DNA of 64,000 nt, taken from contig NC_087251.1 of the NCBI RefSeq assembly GCF_037042905.1, positions 3,906,001 to 3,970,000 on the forward strand, read 5' to 3'. Below the pieces are notes generated by a model. That model worked only from the letters and a program-made list of their open reading frames with translations, had not been told where the DNA came from and searched no databases. This stretch comes from Lytechinus pictus. Its lineage: Eukaryota. Positions 1 to 12,034 of the stretch are shown here, in pieces. A program made the translations under genes and the position numbers. Numbering within the stretch: position 1 is the first letter of the stretch; each line of letters begins with the position of its first letter.

Positions 1-1801
1 TAATAAATAAAAAAACATAAGTCCCATAAGTCCAAATAGATTTTTAAAAAGAAAAAAAACCTAGATAATATAAATCAAATAGCTTGCGCTTCGCGTTTGC
101 AGAATTTTTCAATTAAATACCCATCATGTTCTTGATCGCAAAATATGCTTAGAATGTCCAGGTTTCATGTCTAAAATAAAAAAAAAATCAGCTAGCGCTT
201 CGCACCAAGTGTTTAGATAGGCCTATAGTATTTATCCTGTTAATGGTAAAATTGCTTTGCCCTGTTTTAGATCTAAATCTCTGTATACAAGTCAGCTCGT
301 GCTTAATTCCATGTTCTTTGTAGAAAAAAAAATCGGGCCTGAACTGTTATGGTCTGTATATAAACGCTCGCATTAATTGTCTGTTAAATACCCATTATAA
401 TTACGATTGCAAAAAGTGGTTAACCTACTAAGTTTTCAGTCACAAACTTAAAGAAAATAAATTCGCGCTCGCATTATTTGTTTGGTGAGATAAATGTTCT
501 ATTCAAGAGTCACTGCAAACAGTCCCTTTACATGTCAGTATATTAATAATTTCAGCTCACGCTTCGTGCACACATGAATAATTTAGTTAGATACTCTTAT
601 TGTTTATGATGGCAAAAAGTGATTAGAATTAATGTCAAGGTTTCAGGTCGGAAAATCATAATTTCAGCTCGCGTTTCGCGCTTAAATCAATAGGTAATGC
701 CTATGTATCCATCCCATTCATGGTTATACACAATGTGCTTATAATATTCATGTTTAAGGTCGAGATATTAAAAAATTCAGCTCGCGCTTCGCGCTCGGAC
801 TATTTGATTTGTGAGATATGTATTTTTTAAACTATACATTCAACTGGATTCATGCTCAAATTTTTACCATGTTGTATTTGTGTTTTGTTTATTGATCATA
901 TGAATATTTATTAGGAGGCTGCAAGCTTCGCTTTTTAAGAGCTTCTTCAGTTTCTGACCTGATAGTATCTTGATTATTTAAATTATACATATAGTTTCCT
1001 TGTTTTATTGATTATATATCAAGATGTATGTAACAAGTTTCCTTGTTTTATTGATTATATATCAAGATGTATGTAACAAAACTTATTGTAAATGGAAAAT
1101 AAATGAAATGAACTAATGAAAATTTTATTCATGAGTCACTGCAAACGGTCATTAATAGGTCCCTTTACAGGTCAGTATAGTAATAATTTCAACTCACGCT
1201 TTGCGCACGCATGTTTAGTTTAGTTAAATACTCTTATAGGTTATGGTGACAACAAGTGATTAGAATGTCCAGATTTCAGGTCGGAAAAAATCAAAATTTC
1301 AGCTCGCGTTTCGCGCTGACATCAAGTTGTGCATGTATATCCATCCTATTCATGGTTACCTAATGTGCTTATAATATTCAGTTTTCAGGTCGAGATATTA
1401 AGAAACTTTCAGTTCGCGCTTCGCGCTCGAACTATTTGATTTGTGAGATAATTATTTTATTCATGAGTCACTGCAATCCTACTTTTGCAGGTCAGTATAT
1501 AACAATTTTAATAACGCACTGGCATGAATCATTTAGTTCTATAAGTATCTTGCTCATGATTTAATATACTCTTCCTAGAATATTCAATTTTCAGGTACGA
1601 ATAAAATTATATAACCAAAAAAAATAGCTCACGCTCGCATGATATATTAACCTCATGCGATACAGTATAATTTCTGTCTTTAATTAGGACTAAAGACGAA
1701 AAGAAAAATGATTTAAAGAAAACGAAAAACATATTTTTGCGGCAGATTGGGAGAAATGTGAATGAAAATATTACCCGCCCCTCCTATCTGGAACTGCCCT
1801 G
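1..1801. mobile_element. Non-autonomous DNA element(s) built of degenerate tandem units carrying GCTCGCGCTTCGCGCTCG; left end outside window
   Basis: Motif TTCAGCTCGCGCTTCGCGCTCG recurs through 80-1640 with internally duplicated blocks; the same units occur at 2500-3044 and 4300-4870. Confidence 0.65.
993..1078. repeat. Exact 43-bp tandem duplication
   Basis: AGTTTCCTTGTTTTATTGATTATATATCAAGATGTATGTAACA at 993-1035 and 1036-1078. Confidence 0.95.
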
Positions 1802-1920
1802 GGTATGACTTAAGAAAATAGGACCGATGAGAATGTGAAACACTTGAATCATGGTCGTCGGTCGTTGGTAATCGTTACCGATATGTCGGTAATCAAGGGC
1901 CGCCAACCCCCCCCCCCCCC

Positions 1921-2208
1921 CGACCAAAATCCAATCGAAACCAGTTGGATTCCCAATGGTTTTAATTGGTTTCAACTGGTTTCAATTTGTTTTAACTGGA
2001 ATGTTACAATTTCCAATTGAAACCAACTGGAACCAGTTGGCTAACTGGAAATCCTAACTGGAACCCGAAAATGACTTCTGACTGGAACCAGTTGGGTATA
2101 ACTGGAAATCCTAACTGGATCCAGTTGGATAACTGGAAATTACTTCCAATTGGTTTCCAATTGGAAATTTTTCCAGTTACCCAACCGGATCAAGTTGAAA
2201 CCGGTTGA
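1921..2208. repeat. Patch of short AACTGG/CCAGTT/CCAATTGG motifs in both orientations
   Basis: Dense interspersed direct and inverted copies following a poly-C run; probably subterminal repeats of a DNA transposon. Confidence 0.7.
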
Positions 2209-2499
2209 TTTGCATAATCTGCCAATGTGTACAGATTAATGTTTTATGTGATTCATCATCATTTACAATGTATCTATTCATTTCTTTTCATTTTCAAGTG
2301 CCACACTTGTTTAAGATAAATGTTGAGAATACTTAGCATTAAAAACCATGTTCATAAATGTAATAGATTATAATTACAACAGATTAAAAGATAATTAGAA
2401 CACCACTACCTGTTACCAAATTACATCAAATACAAATACTTTTATATTTAAATTTAATTATGGTATTAATAGACATAACAGTCTAATGTATCAATTTTC

Positions 2500-3044
2500 T
2501 TCCGCTCGCGCTTCGCGCTCGCATCAATTACCGTTTAGTTACATACCTATCCCTCTCATGATTACAAAATGTGCTTAGAATGACAAGTTCTTTATTGGTC
2601 GGAATGTCACAAATTTTTAGCTCGCGCTTCACGCTCGCATTATTTAATTGCTGAAATATGTATCGTCTTCATGGGTAACTGCAAACAGTCCTTAACAGAT
2701 CCCTTTTCGATCAGGCCAGAACATTAAAATATAAATTTCTGCTCGCACTTGGTGTTCGCGGTAATTATCTAGTTATATACGCATCTTGTTCAGGATCACA
2801 AATATTGCCCAGAATGTTAAATTTTCAGGACAAAATACATGAAAGTTAAAAAAAAAATATCTCGCACTTTTAATATAGGGCTATGAGATTATTTCATAAT
2901 TATGTTGTTTTATAAGAAAATAGCTAAGACGTGACTGTGAGGACTACCCCTAATTCAACGAAACAAAAATCAATTTTGAGCGACCGATCGGGGGAAATTA
3001 TTTCGGGCCTCACCCCCTATTGGCGAAAGCTGGATCCGCCCCTG
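2500..3044. mobile_element. Right part of a hAT-like MITE with GCTCGCGCTTCGCGCTCG units
   Basis: Ends in CTGGATCCGCCCCTG at 3030-3044; left end not defined. Confidence 0.6.
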
Positions 3045-3678
3045 TGACACTTTCACACACAGAAAAAATCGCCCCCCCCCCATTAAAAAGCTAGGACCCC
3101 CAGTGCACCCGGAAAAAAATCCTAGCTTCGCCACGATTCGATTTTCATTATTTTATTTCAGTGAGAAAGTAAGATACGCATCCTGTTCATTGTAACGAAA
3201 AAGTGGTAATTAAGAAAAAAAATTAACACGCAATCCTCGCTCTCATTATTTTACAAGCGAGATACGTATCCTCTCCCCAAATCCCAATAAACATTCTTTG
3301 AAATTACCCCCTTTTCAGGCAGGTCAATAGGCTTGTTTCAAATATTCTCAGCGAACTGAGTTTGCATATAGTTAGATACTATTTTGGGGGGAATAAACAA
3401 CAAGGTCTTAATTTTAAAAGAAAATATGCACAGTTTTGGATTGGAATGTCAGAATTTTTCTTAACACATTTTTTGCTCGCTTATAATACACCAATCTTGT
3501 TCAAAATAAATAAATAGATAACTTACTGCTTAGAAAATGACCCATTACCATTTAGGTCATACCTTTCAAAGCGCAATTGCCCCCCAAATAGAATGAAAAC
3601 AGAGTTTACAGGGGGCGCTATTTCACAGAAAGGTCGGTGTCGTATATGGTGCACTGATACATTTCTCATCTGCAAAAA

Positions 3679-4930
3679 CAGTGGCGTAACTACGAGGGGA
3701 GGGGGGGGGGGAGAAACGTAGTGGGGGGAAGAAAAAAATTATTGTACATTATATAGTGTTACATTATTATATATTTCATATTTTATTAAATAAGAAATAT
3801 TTTGTTCATAACTTTATGAAACAATTTGCTTAGGCCTACACTGTAAAAAATGAAGTACTAATTTAGCACTTACTGTGCTTGTATAGTGACTGCACTACGA
3901 GTGCTGATTTTCTAGTTTAAATTTGAACTAGAAAATCAGCACTCGTAGTGCAGTCACTATACAACCACTGTAAGTGCTAAATTAGCACTTCATTTCTTAC
4001 AGTGTATGTGTTCATCATTCCTGGTGCTCGCATAATACTCTTGTACTATAAAAAGATCCCATTTTCAAGTCAATATACACCAAATATATTTCATCACACT
4101 TCGAGTTATTATTGTTTTATGTAGTGACATATGCTTCTTTTTCATGACTACTTAAAGTGACTCCCCCCTTTTATGTCTAAACACACTTCCAGTCCGTGAT
4201 TACGTTCGTATTGGTGGATTGGGAGGGGGTGAGATATGTCTGCTCTTCATAAAAACAGTCCTTAAAATGTCCTTTTTTCTGGTCTGAATATCAAAATGTT
4301 AAGATCGCGCTCCCATCATTTGGTAAGTGAAATACGTATGGTCTTAGTAAATTCCTACAAACAAGCCTTAGAATACCCCTCTTCAGACCTGAATTTCAAA
4401 AAAATTCAGCTCGCGCTTCGCGCTCGCAATATTTGATTAGTGAGATATGTATCATGATGTTCATGTTCATGATTGCAATGACTACAAAATGTGCTTCATG
4501 TAATTATGTGTAAATTTAACAAAATCCGCAGCGGATTTATGAGATATGTATGCTCTTCATGAATTCCTTAAAAAATAGCCCTTAAAATGTCCCTGTTTGG
4601 GGTCAATACATAAAAAAAAAACCAGCTTGCGCTTCGCGCTCGTATTGTTTGTTTAGTCAGAAAGGTATGTATCATATTAGAAAATTTGCTTATAATGTCC
4701 CTTTTTTAGGTCTAAATATAAAAACAATGCAGCTCGCGCTTCGCGCTCGCATTATTTGACCAGTGAGATACATATCCGTTTAATGGCATGTTCTATTGGC
4801 ACATCAGTCCGTAAAATGTCTCTATTAGGTCAGTATACCTGACAATTGAGCGCGCTTCGCGCGCCCTCTAATTGACTCAAAATTTTTGCTGGTGCCCCCC
4901 CCCAATGCCTTGATTCACGGTACGCCACTA
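3679..4930. mobile_element. hAT-like MITE, 8-bp TSD
   Basis: TIRs CAGTGGCGTA / TACGCCACTA; TSD TGCAAAAA at 3671-3678 and 4931-4938; a second copy begins at 63651. Confidence 0.9.
3839..4004. mobile_element. Foldback MITE with CACTG termini and TA TSD (EnSpm/CACTA-like), nested in the hAT MITE
   Basis: Almost entirely palindromic 166 bp; TA on both sides; the host copy at 63651 has the empty site GGCCTA|CGTC. Confidence 0.9.
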
Positions 4931-6044
4931 TGCAAAAATAAGTAAAATCAGTGCATGGTATTTACAATAATACATTGTACATGTCTGTATGTCAGTCGCA
5001 TCCACCAAAATGGTAGCAGTCATTATAGATTTGAAGATTGGAAATGAAGGATAGGCCTGCCGAAAAATGAAGAGCTTGATTCCAAAAGGGGCTAAATCCA
5101 CTTTTGACCAAATTGATTTTTTATACAAATATATGTATCTTAGACGTGGGAATGCAACATATCGCATTTGATTTTTTTGGGAAAGGTTAGTAAAATTATA
5201 TTGCAAATTTGAGTTTTGTTCTAAAAGGAGCTAAATCCGCTATACGGTTATATCCACTATACAGTTATTCATTCATATATATTTTTTTCTTTTTCTAATT
5301 TTCAATGGATAAAGCATCAGAAAACATGTGAAATGTACTCTGCTAGCCATATTCATGTGTTTTATGTTCGATTTCCAATATCAAACATGTTTCAATCGGC
5401 AAAAATTGACGTTTTCAATCCATGAAAAATAGAATTTAAAAAATTCTTTAACAATTCATAATGATTTAAAAAAACATGATTTAATTAATCTTAGATAACT
5501 ATCATAAATAAAATAATGAAATCAAATGAAGAGTTTTCGCAAAATCTCAATTCACTCGGTTCTCTTTTTCTGATTTTGATCAAAATTAACTGGATAATTT
5601 CCTTTTCTTTTCTCCATTCCTATTTTCTCTGATTCACATCCCTCAATAGGGATCCCACCCGAGTGGAAAGTTTCTTAATAGAAAAAAGAGAAACCGATAA
5701 GTTGAAAGTTTGAATGAATCAGGATAAGCAATATGGCAGTATTGTCTATTTGACCTTTCACATGGGTGAATTCATAGTGGTGACAATTTCTCCATGAGAA
5801 ATGTCATTTTCCAAAGGTTATAACCAGAATTATATATTTTTCTTCTATACATGTGAGGACATAAATGGAACAATAAGACTTCGAGGGAATGTGGGCCCAG
5901 AAAAAAACCCTCATATTCCTGATTTTTAACTACATTCATGATTTGAGTTTTCTTGGCCACTTGTCACTATTATTATCTTTTTAGATCATAATTTCTTATT
6001 CCTGGTCCGATTTCATTCAAAATTTATCAATTCTGCTTCAACTC

Positions 6045-6430
6045 ATACATTATCACAAATGTTTGATTTCTCTTTGATATGTGACTAAAATTTTCTGCTT
6101 TTTATCTCTCTCCTTCAACACATTCATTTTATCACAAATGTTTGATTTCTCTTTGATGACTAAAATATTCTGTATTTCTTATCTCTCTCCTTCAACACAT
6201 ACATTATCACAAATGTTTGATTTCTCTTTGATATGTGACAAAAATGTTCTGCTTTTTATCTCTCCTTCAACACATTCATTTTATCACAAATGTTTGATTT
6301 CTCTTTGATGACTAAAATATTCTGTATTTCTTATCTCTCTCCTTCAACACATACATTATCACAAATGTTTGATTTCTCTTTGATGACTAAAATATTCTGT
6401 ATTTCTTATCTCTCTCCTTCAACACATAAC
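6045..6430. repeat. Minisatellite, five ~76-bp units
   Basis: ATCACAAATGTTTGATTTCTCTTTGAT at 6052, 6131, 6206, 6283, 6358; two variants ordered A-B-A-B-B. Confidence 0.95.
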
Positions 6431-7547
6431 TTCATTTTAGTTTTTTTTTACATGTTTTTTTTTTTCAACTACTCGTATTCACATCTTCCTCATACACACC
6501 ACTTCTGTCTCTCTCTTTATTTTGCACATGTGTATCTAATCCCCTGTCCATCTCACAAACTCACCCCCTCCCCTGAGCCGGTGACCCCCCCCCCTCCCTC
6601 CCGCCCTCTTTACATGTATACTTCTTTACCCCCCCCCCCATCTCCACTTCTATTTACTATCTTCCTAGCTATATTTATGAAGAGACACTTGGCTTAAATA
6701 AAGCATAATGCATTCAAAATAATGAGAACAGAATCAACTGATTAAACAGAATAAATTGATTATTAAAGTTTAATTTCCAAAGTTACTATCAATATACAGT
6801 AAGATGAAAAACAAAGTTACATATACATGTACAGTATCAATTTTGCTATGCATACATTGCAGTCAAAATATGTCAAAAGTGATGATGATACAAGCTTCCA
6901 AATGCAATAACAAGTGTCCAATGAAATCCAATCCGTATAGGTAAAGTATATAAGAAAAAAATAAGTTTTTATACCATTTGCAATCATTGCATGGTAAAAA
7001 TTCATTCAGATTTGTTACATTTGCTTCAAGCAAAATTTGATTTAATTATAACCAATGTTGAGGTAAAAATTTTGAAAATTTACAAGATCATTTAGTTTGC
7101 TTCAAGCAAAACTTGAATTCAGTAAAAAGTGCCCCAAATATATCTTATCTAAAATATATAATGCAATTTTTGCTTAAATATTTTGTTTAAAATGTTAAAA
7201 ACGCTTACAAGCAGGTGGTATAATTACCACAATTACTGCAATTGAAGACTTTAAATATAATAAAATGCATTCTTTGAATAATTATCAATCAAAACCACCA
7301 ATGAACTTGATGAATGCATGAGATGATCATATGACTAAAATTTGAATAGAAATAAATGAAGTGCTATAAGAAATAAAAAAATTGAAAATTATAAACTATG
7401 CTTGTTTCCAAGCAATTGCAATAAATACTGGTTATCAATTTTCACCCAGACTGGCTGTTGTAATTGGAAACAACATGGTCCTTGGACAGAGTCTCTTTCT
7501 CCAGATTGAATTGTCTTTAAAAAGTCAATGTTCATTGTTCAATGTCA

Positions 7548-8312
7548 TCACGAATTCTGTTCCTGCTCTTGCTGGTCAGCTAGATCACTCCATGATCTCC
7601 TATCATCATCCATCTCCTCCTCCCATTCTTCGTCTTCGTACTCATCATCGTCATCATCACTCTCCTCGCTCTCGTGAACTTCCGAAGCTGGGATGCGATC
7701 CCAGACATGGTACTTGTAGCGGTGGTAGAGACCATCTGGTTCCTCTGAAAGCCTCTCAGGAAGCGACCCTCTCATCCATGATTCGCTATCATCGGAGAGG
7801 TACCACACGTACTCAGGAGGAGGCTTGGTATGGACAACACCAACAATAGGACCTTGACCTTCTCTCACATGTTCCATGGCGCTGCCGTCACGACCTGGCT
7901 CAGGAAGGAAGCGGAGATCAGTTGCACTGTAGTGGATGCGACGGTCTCGTTCCTGGCGTGTGCGTTCAACAGACTCCTGGATCTCCCTCCAAAACTGTTC
8001 TTCGCCTTCACGATCCGCATCCGATATCCACTCTTCATCTGACTCGAACTCTGAAGAAGACACATCATCATCATCCTTCTTTCTTTCTGGCTCTGGTTCC
8101 TCCTCAACATCATCTTCCAAGTCTTCATCGTTCCATAATGGGTATCGGCCATGACCTCTGCAGGCGTGGTAGCAGGTGTGACCTTCTTTATTGCTGCACA
8201 TGAAGAGAGATTCCCCGGCTCTAGTAAGGGCTGAGAAAGGTGGATCAGCAGTGGTAACCTCAGGTGCTACATGTTGTGCAGTTCTGGAGGATGAACGCAA
8301 GATGGGTGCCAT
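7548..8312 (-). CDS. Orphan acidic Trp-rich protein, 254 aa, single coding exon (exon 2 starts at 8320)
   Basis: 765-nt open frame from ATG at 8312 (context ATTATGG) to TGA at 7548-7550. It is preceded by a strong acceptor ((CT)n...TTTTTACAG, AG at 8322-8321). The upstream part of the track ORF (8393-8321) is intron sequence. No recognisable family. Confidence 0.75.
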   Translation of the reverse strand: MAPILRSSSRTAQHVAPEVTTADPPFSALTRAGESLFMCSNKEGHTCYHACRGHGRYPLWNDEDLEDDVEEEPEPERKKDDDDVSSSEFESDEEWISDADREGEEQFWREIQESVERTRQERDRRIHYSATDLRFLPEPGRDGSAMEHVREGQGPIVGVVHTKPPPEYVWYLSDDSESWMRGSLPERLSEEPDGLYHRYKYHVWDRIPASEVHESEESDDDDDEYEDEEWEEEMDDDRRSWSDLADQQEQEQNS

Positions 8313-8825
8313 AATGGAAGCTGTAAAAAGACAAGAGAGAGAGAGAAAATATTTGTTAGCTTGAGGACAATTTGAAACTAAATACTGGTACAAAGTAAGC
8401 TTTCCATGATTTATAACAAAGGTATAGTCAAGACCACTTTGACATATTTCATGATCTGCCTGAAGGCTTGTATTATACTATTATTAGGCTCTATATTGAA
8501 AATTCAATGACCATCATTTATGATAAAATTACAGAATTCATAGATACATAATTGATTAATAATGGCATATAAATAAATAAACGCTCCTAATGTAATGACG
8601 GCTGACATGTGTGTTAACGGTTATACATTACAATGCAATGAATATGCATGGTACGGGTATCAACAGTGCAAGAAGATAAGATCGGGAAATAACAGCCGCC
8701 ATTATTTTTATACATTTTGTGGCATATAACTTATATTCTCTTGATCCGATCCCTCACTGAACTGTACTTCATCGCCATTAAGATGTCCTGTATGAAAAAT
8801 AAGTGTTGTAAAGTATGATACTCAC

Positions 8826-8890
8826 CTAATGATAATATCTTGTGAAGTAGCAATTCAACTGACAATGTTACTGCGTGTGTAGTATATATA
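8826..8890 (-). promoter_or_regulatory. TATA box + Inr + 35-nt non-coding exon 1 of the orphan gene
   Basis: TATATATA at 8890-8883; Inr TCAGTT with its A at 8860, 30 nt downstream; exon 8860-8826 has no ATG and ends in the consensus donor AG|GTGAGT; 505-nt intron to 8321. Confidence 0.7.
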
Positions 8891-11594
8891 TCTCCGTATG
8901 GCCTGGTCGGTGATACTACATCGACAGGAGAGTTTAGTGGAAGCGTCGAACAGTCACTGTATTCAGTTGTGTTGACTTTGGAACGAATGAAAATGTTCTT
9001 CTGCTTTTCCAGTTAAATAAGCTGAGAAATATGCCCTCATCAACAACACTTGACCAATCAGGGTCTGGTGTTGTGGCTAAACAATAACTAAGGTCTAAGG
9101 AGGGGTGCAATTATCACCCCTTTAATTAAGGTATCGATAATCGCGAGTTTATCCGCGTTTCTTCAACACGACGACGGACACACTACCCGTCCGTTGGAAT
9201 GTTGTGTGTATATCCGTGTGAGCATTATACAGCACGGCTTTATTTCGCGCGCTTTGTTATATTTATATGTGTGGGCGAGGGGTACTTTGTATACCCTTTG
9301 ACCCTTTTGTCTCGCCACCCCACCCCAGTGGTATATCGGAGGCGGGATCGGAGGATGGGGAAGGGGATACCAGGTACACCATAAAGGATACCAGAAGATA
9401 TCAGCTTTCTAAAAAAATCAATTGCACTAAATTAAGTGAAACTAAAAAATGACGAGCAATCATTGTGTAACTGAACCAGTTCAGAGTTTGATATATATAC
9501 ATGGACCCTACCATACATACATGATATCATGGAAACTGATCACCACATACACTTTTTTTCAATAATCAGTTTTAATTTTTGTACTATGTACATGCTCAGC
9601 TGCAATCAATTTGATGTTATTCTTCTGTAAGTATATTTTTTCGGATTATGTAGGCCTGTTTTTTTTTTTTTCTTTAACTGAACGGTCAATAAAGACAACA
9701 AACTAAAACAAACAAAAATGTGTGTACAGTGAAATGAAAAGTCGACTACAAAACAAAAATTATGTGTAAATTGGATTCCTCGCTATGAAGTATAAAATCA
9801 CCTTCACTACATGGACCTAACCGATGCATGCAAAATAGTTTCTCAGTTTGATTTGAAAGGTAGATTTAGAAGCCAGGATTTTCTAATAACTTTTCTTTAA
9901 TTCAGTAAAAATCAAATAAATACAAATACATGTGCCATTGAATTTGAACCAAACTTAATTAGAATAAAAAATAAATTACACGATTTTTTTTTTTTAAAGT
10001 TGTTAATCGAATAGCATCACTCTTATACGGGTAGATACAGAATTTGCCCTGAATAATCGAGGCAAATAGAGGAGATCAAAATAAAATGACTAGCGCCGAA
10101 CAGCAATATTTGTATACGAATGACAAGACAAATGCCAATTTGAATGGTTTATTGCTTGTGCATTTCCATTTCTTATGGGTCATATAAACCTATCAAAATA
10201 ATCTATTCGTTTTCAAGAAAATCCAACGTAAAATGAAAGAAAATTACGATAGAAATAACAGTAAATACATGAAATAAGGGTAATGATTCATTATAATGGC
10301 AAAAGGAAAAATGACTATTAATAATCATGATCCATTGATGTCTATCAACGAATATTAATGCATAATGCTCAATGTAAATTTAAAACATTAAGTATGTATA
10401 TATTGTGAGACAACGAATTGTTAGTTTTGGGATGCCGTTAAACCATATGGAAGTTTGAAATATGGTGTGGTATATCAAATTTGTGAATATTCATTTAGTT
10501 ATCAATCAAAGTTTCCACGGGTGATGACAGAAATTTCATGTAAACATACCAGCATTTTTGTTATTCCTGATGATTTACATATGACGGATAAAATGAGATA
10601 TCACTACATATACGGTCGTACAGCCTAACTGACAAATAATATAATTGTGAATTAAAACGATATTTTTTTTTTTGCATGGGAAGCCAAGACGTGATGCTAA
10701 GATCTAAACAGTTTCATGGTAAAGATAAAATCTTAAGAATATTGAGTTTGACGAAACATCCTACTTTTTGTTGATTGTTGGTTGCAGTCGAGAGAAAATA
10801 ATCGTCTACAGTTACGTGGTAAGATCAAGCTATATTTATTTTCGATACGGAATAACATAACTCGTGTATCCACCCATATGGAATAACACAAATCAGCAAT
10901 TTTGTGTTGGAGATGCTGTGTCCCCCTGTATTCGGGTAGTTATGTGATAGATGAATCTTGTTTTTCTTTTTAAGTTCATTGATAACTGATTCGTGTATTT
11001 TGTAAAATTTGATTTTATTCTTTTCGTATATAAGATTTATTGGACAATCTGATTTTGTTCTTCAACAGAGCATGTTGATCTATCACAATAAGGTTTAATG
11101 TAATTTTGTGGTTATAGGCATCGATTTACTTGTAAACAGGTCGTCTTTACTGGACTTTTACACATTTGTATATTTTCCGTCCTTGAAGAGTTGGTGACTA
11201 TTCACAGTATTAATATTCGGTAATGGGAAATTATAATTTAATCCATCCAAACTACAAGAATTTGAATTATTAAACTCAGACGAGAAAGTGGCGATTAGCG
11301 CAAGAAAAAAAATCCCCATGGGGTTTGAGTATTGGATATAGCGCACTATTTCGGAAATTTATTGTAAGTGAGCAAAGCGAACAAGTCAAAGAAAGATATA
11401 CTCCCAAATAAAATATTGATTTAAAGAGTTCGAGGTTTGACGTGGACATAATCATAACATATGACAAATATTTTAAGTAAAATCGAACTATCATGTTGAA
11501 AGCTACGTAATGATGAATCCCCCCTTCATTTTCTGGGACGGCAATGATGTTTCAGTTTAAGGTTCTCCTAATGCGCCAGTGTCTACCAATTATT

Positions 11595-11710
11595 ATAATC
11601 ATCATCAGACATCTCCTCCATCATCACTACCACCGCCGCCTCCATCATCATCATCATCATCACCATCACCATGCATCATCATAACTATCATCATCATCAT
11701 CATAATCATA
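11595..11710. repeat. Imperfect (CAT)n microsatellite
   Basis: CAT/CAC/CAT runs upstream of the protease start. Confidence 0.85.
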
Positions 11711-11899
11711 GCCTCATACCGTTTAGCAGTTCAGTGCACAAATGGCAGCATGTATATAGTTTATAAATAATCGCAGGGATTAATTTATTCCGGCATTAAA
11801 ATATTATTTTGGCAAAGATATCATATATGAAGTTTTGCTGCAATGACTGTGTTTATAATTCACCGTGATTTCGTACAGGGCAATCTGCGCGTTATCGTC

Positions 11900-12034
11900 A
11901 TGGAGAGCGCGGTCGTTCTACCGTGGATGATCATGATCATATCCGTGATCGTACCCGTGGTCGTAGCCGATACAGCACCACTTCATGTAGCAGATGAGAG
12001 GGAGAATGAAAACTATTACCTGGTTGGTTTGAAG
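11900..12034 (+). CDS. Subtilase exon 1 (signal peptide, start of I9 propeptide)
   Basis: MESAVVLPW...APLHVADERENENYYLVGLK, donor GTTTGT, phase 0. Confidence 0.85.

Noticed and set aside
6045-6430. CRISPR-like array and the ORFs 6081-6308 and 6290-6697
   Set aside because: The units are wholly repeated with no unique spacers, the context is eukaryotic with no cas genes, and the ORFs are just translations of the minisatellite.
7382-8203. Plus-strand and alternate-frame ORFs overlapping the orphan gene
   Set aside because: Ser/His-rich mirror translations of acidic GAR/GAY codons; no promoter or splice support.
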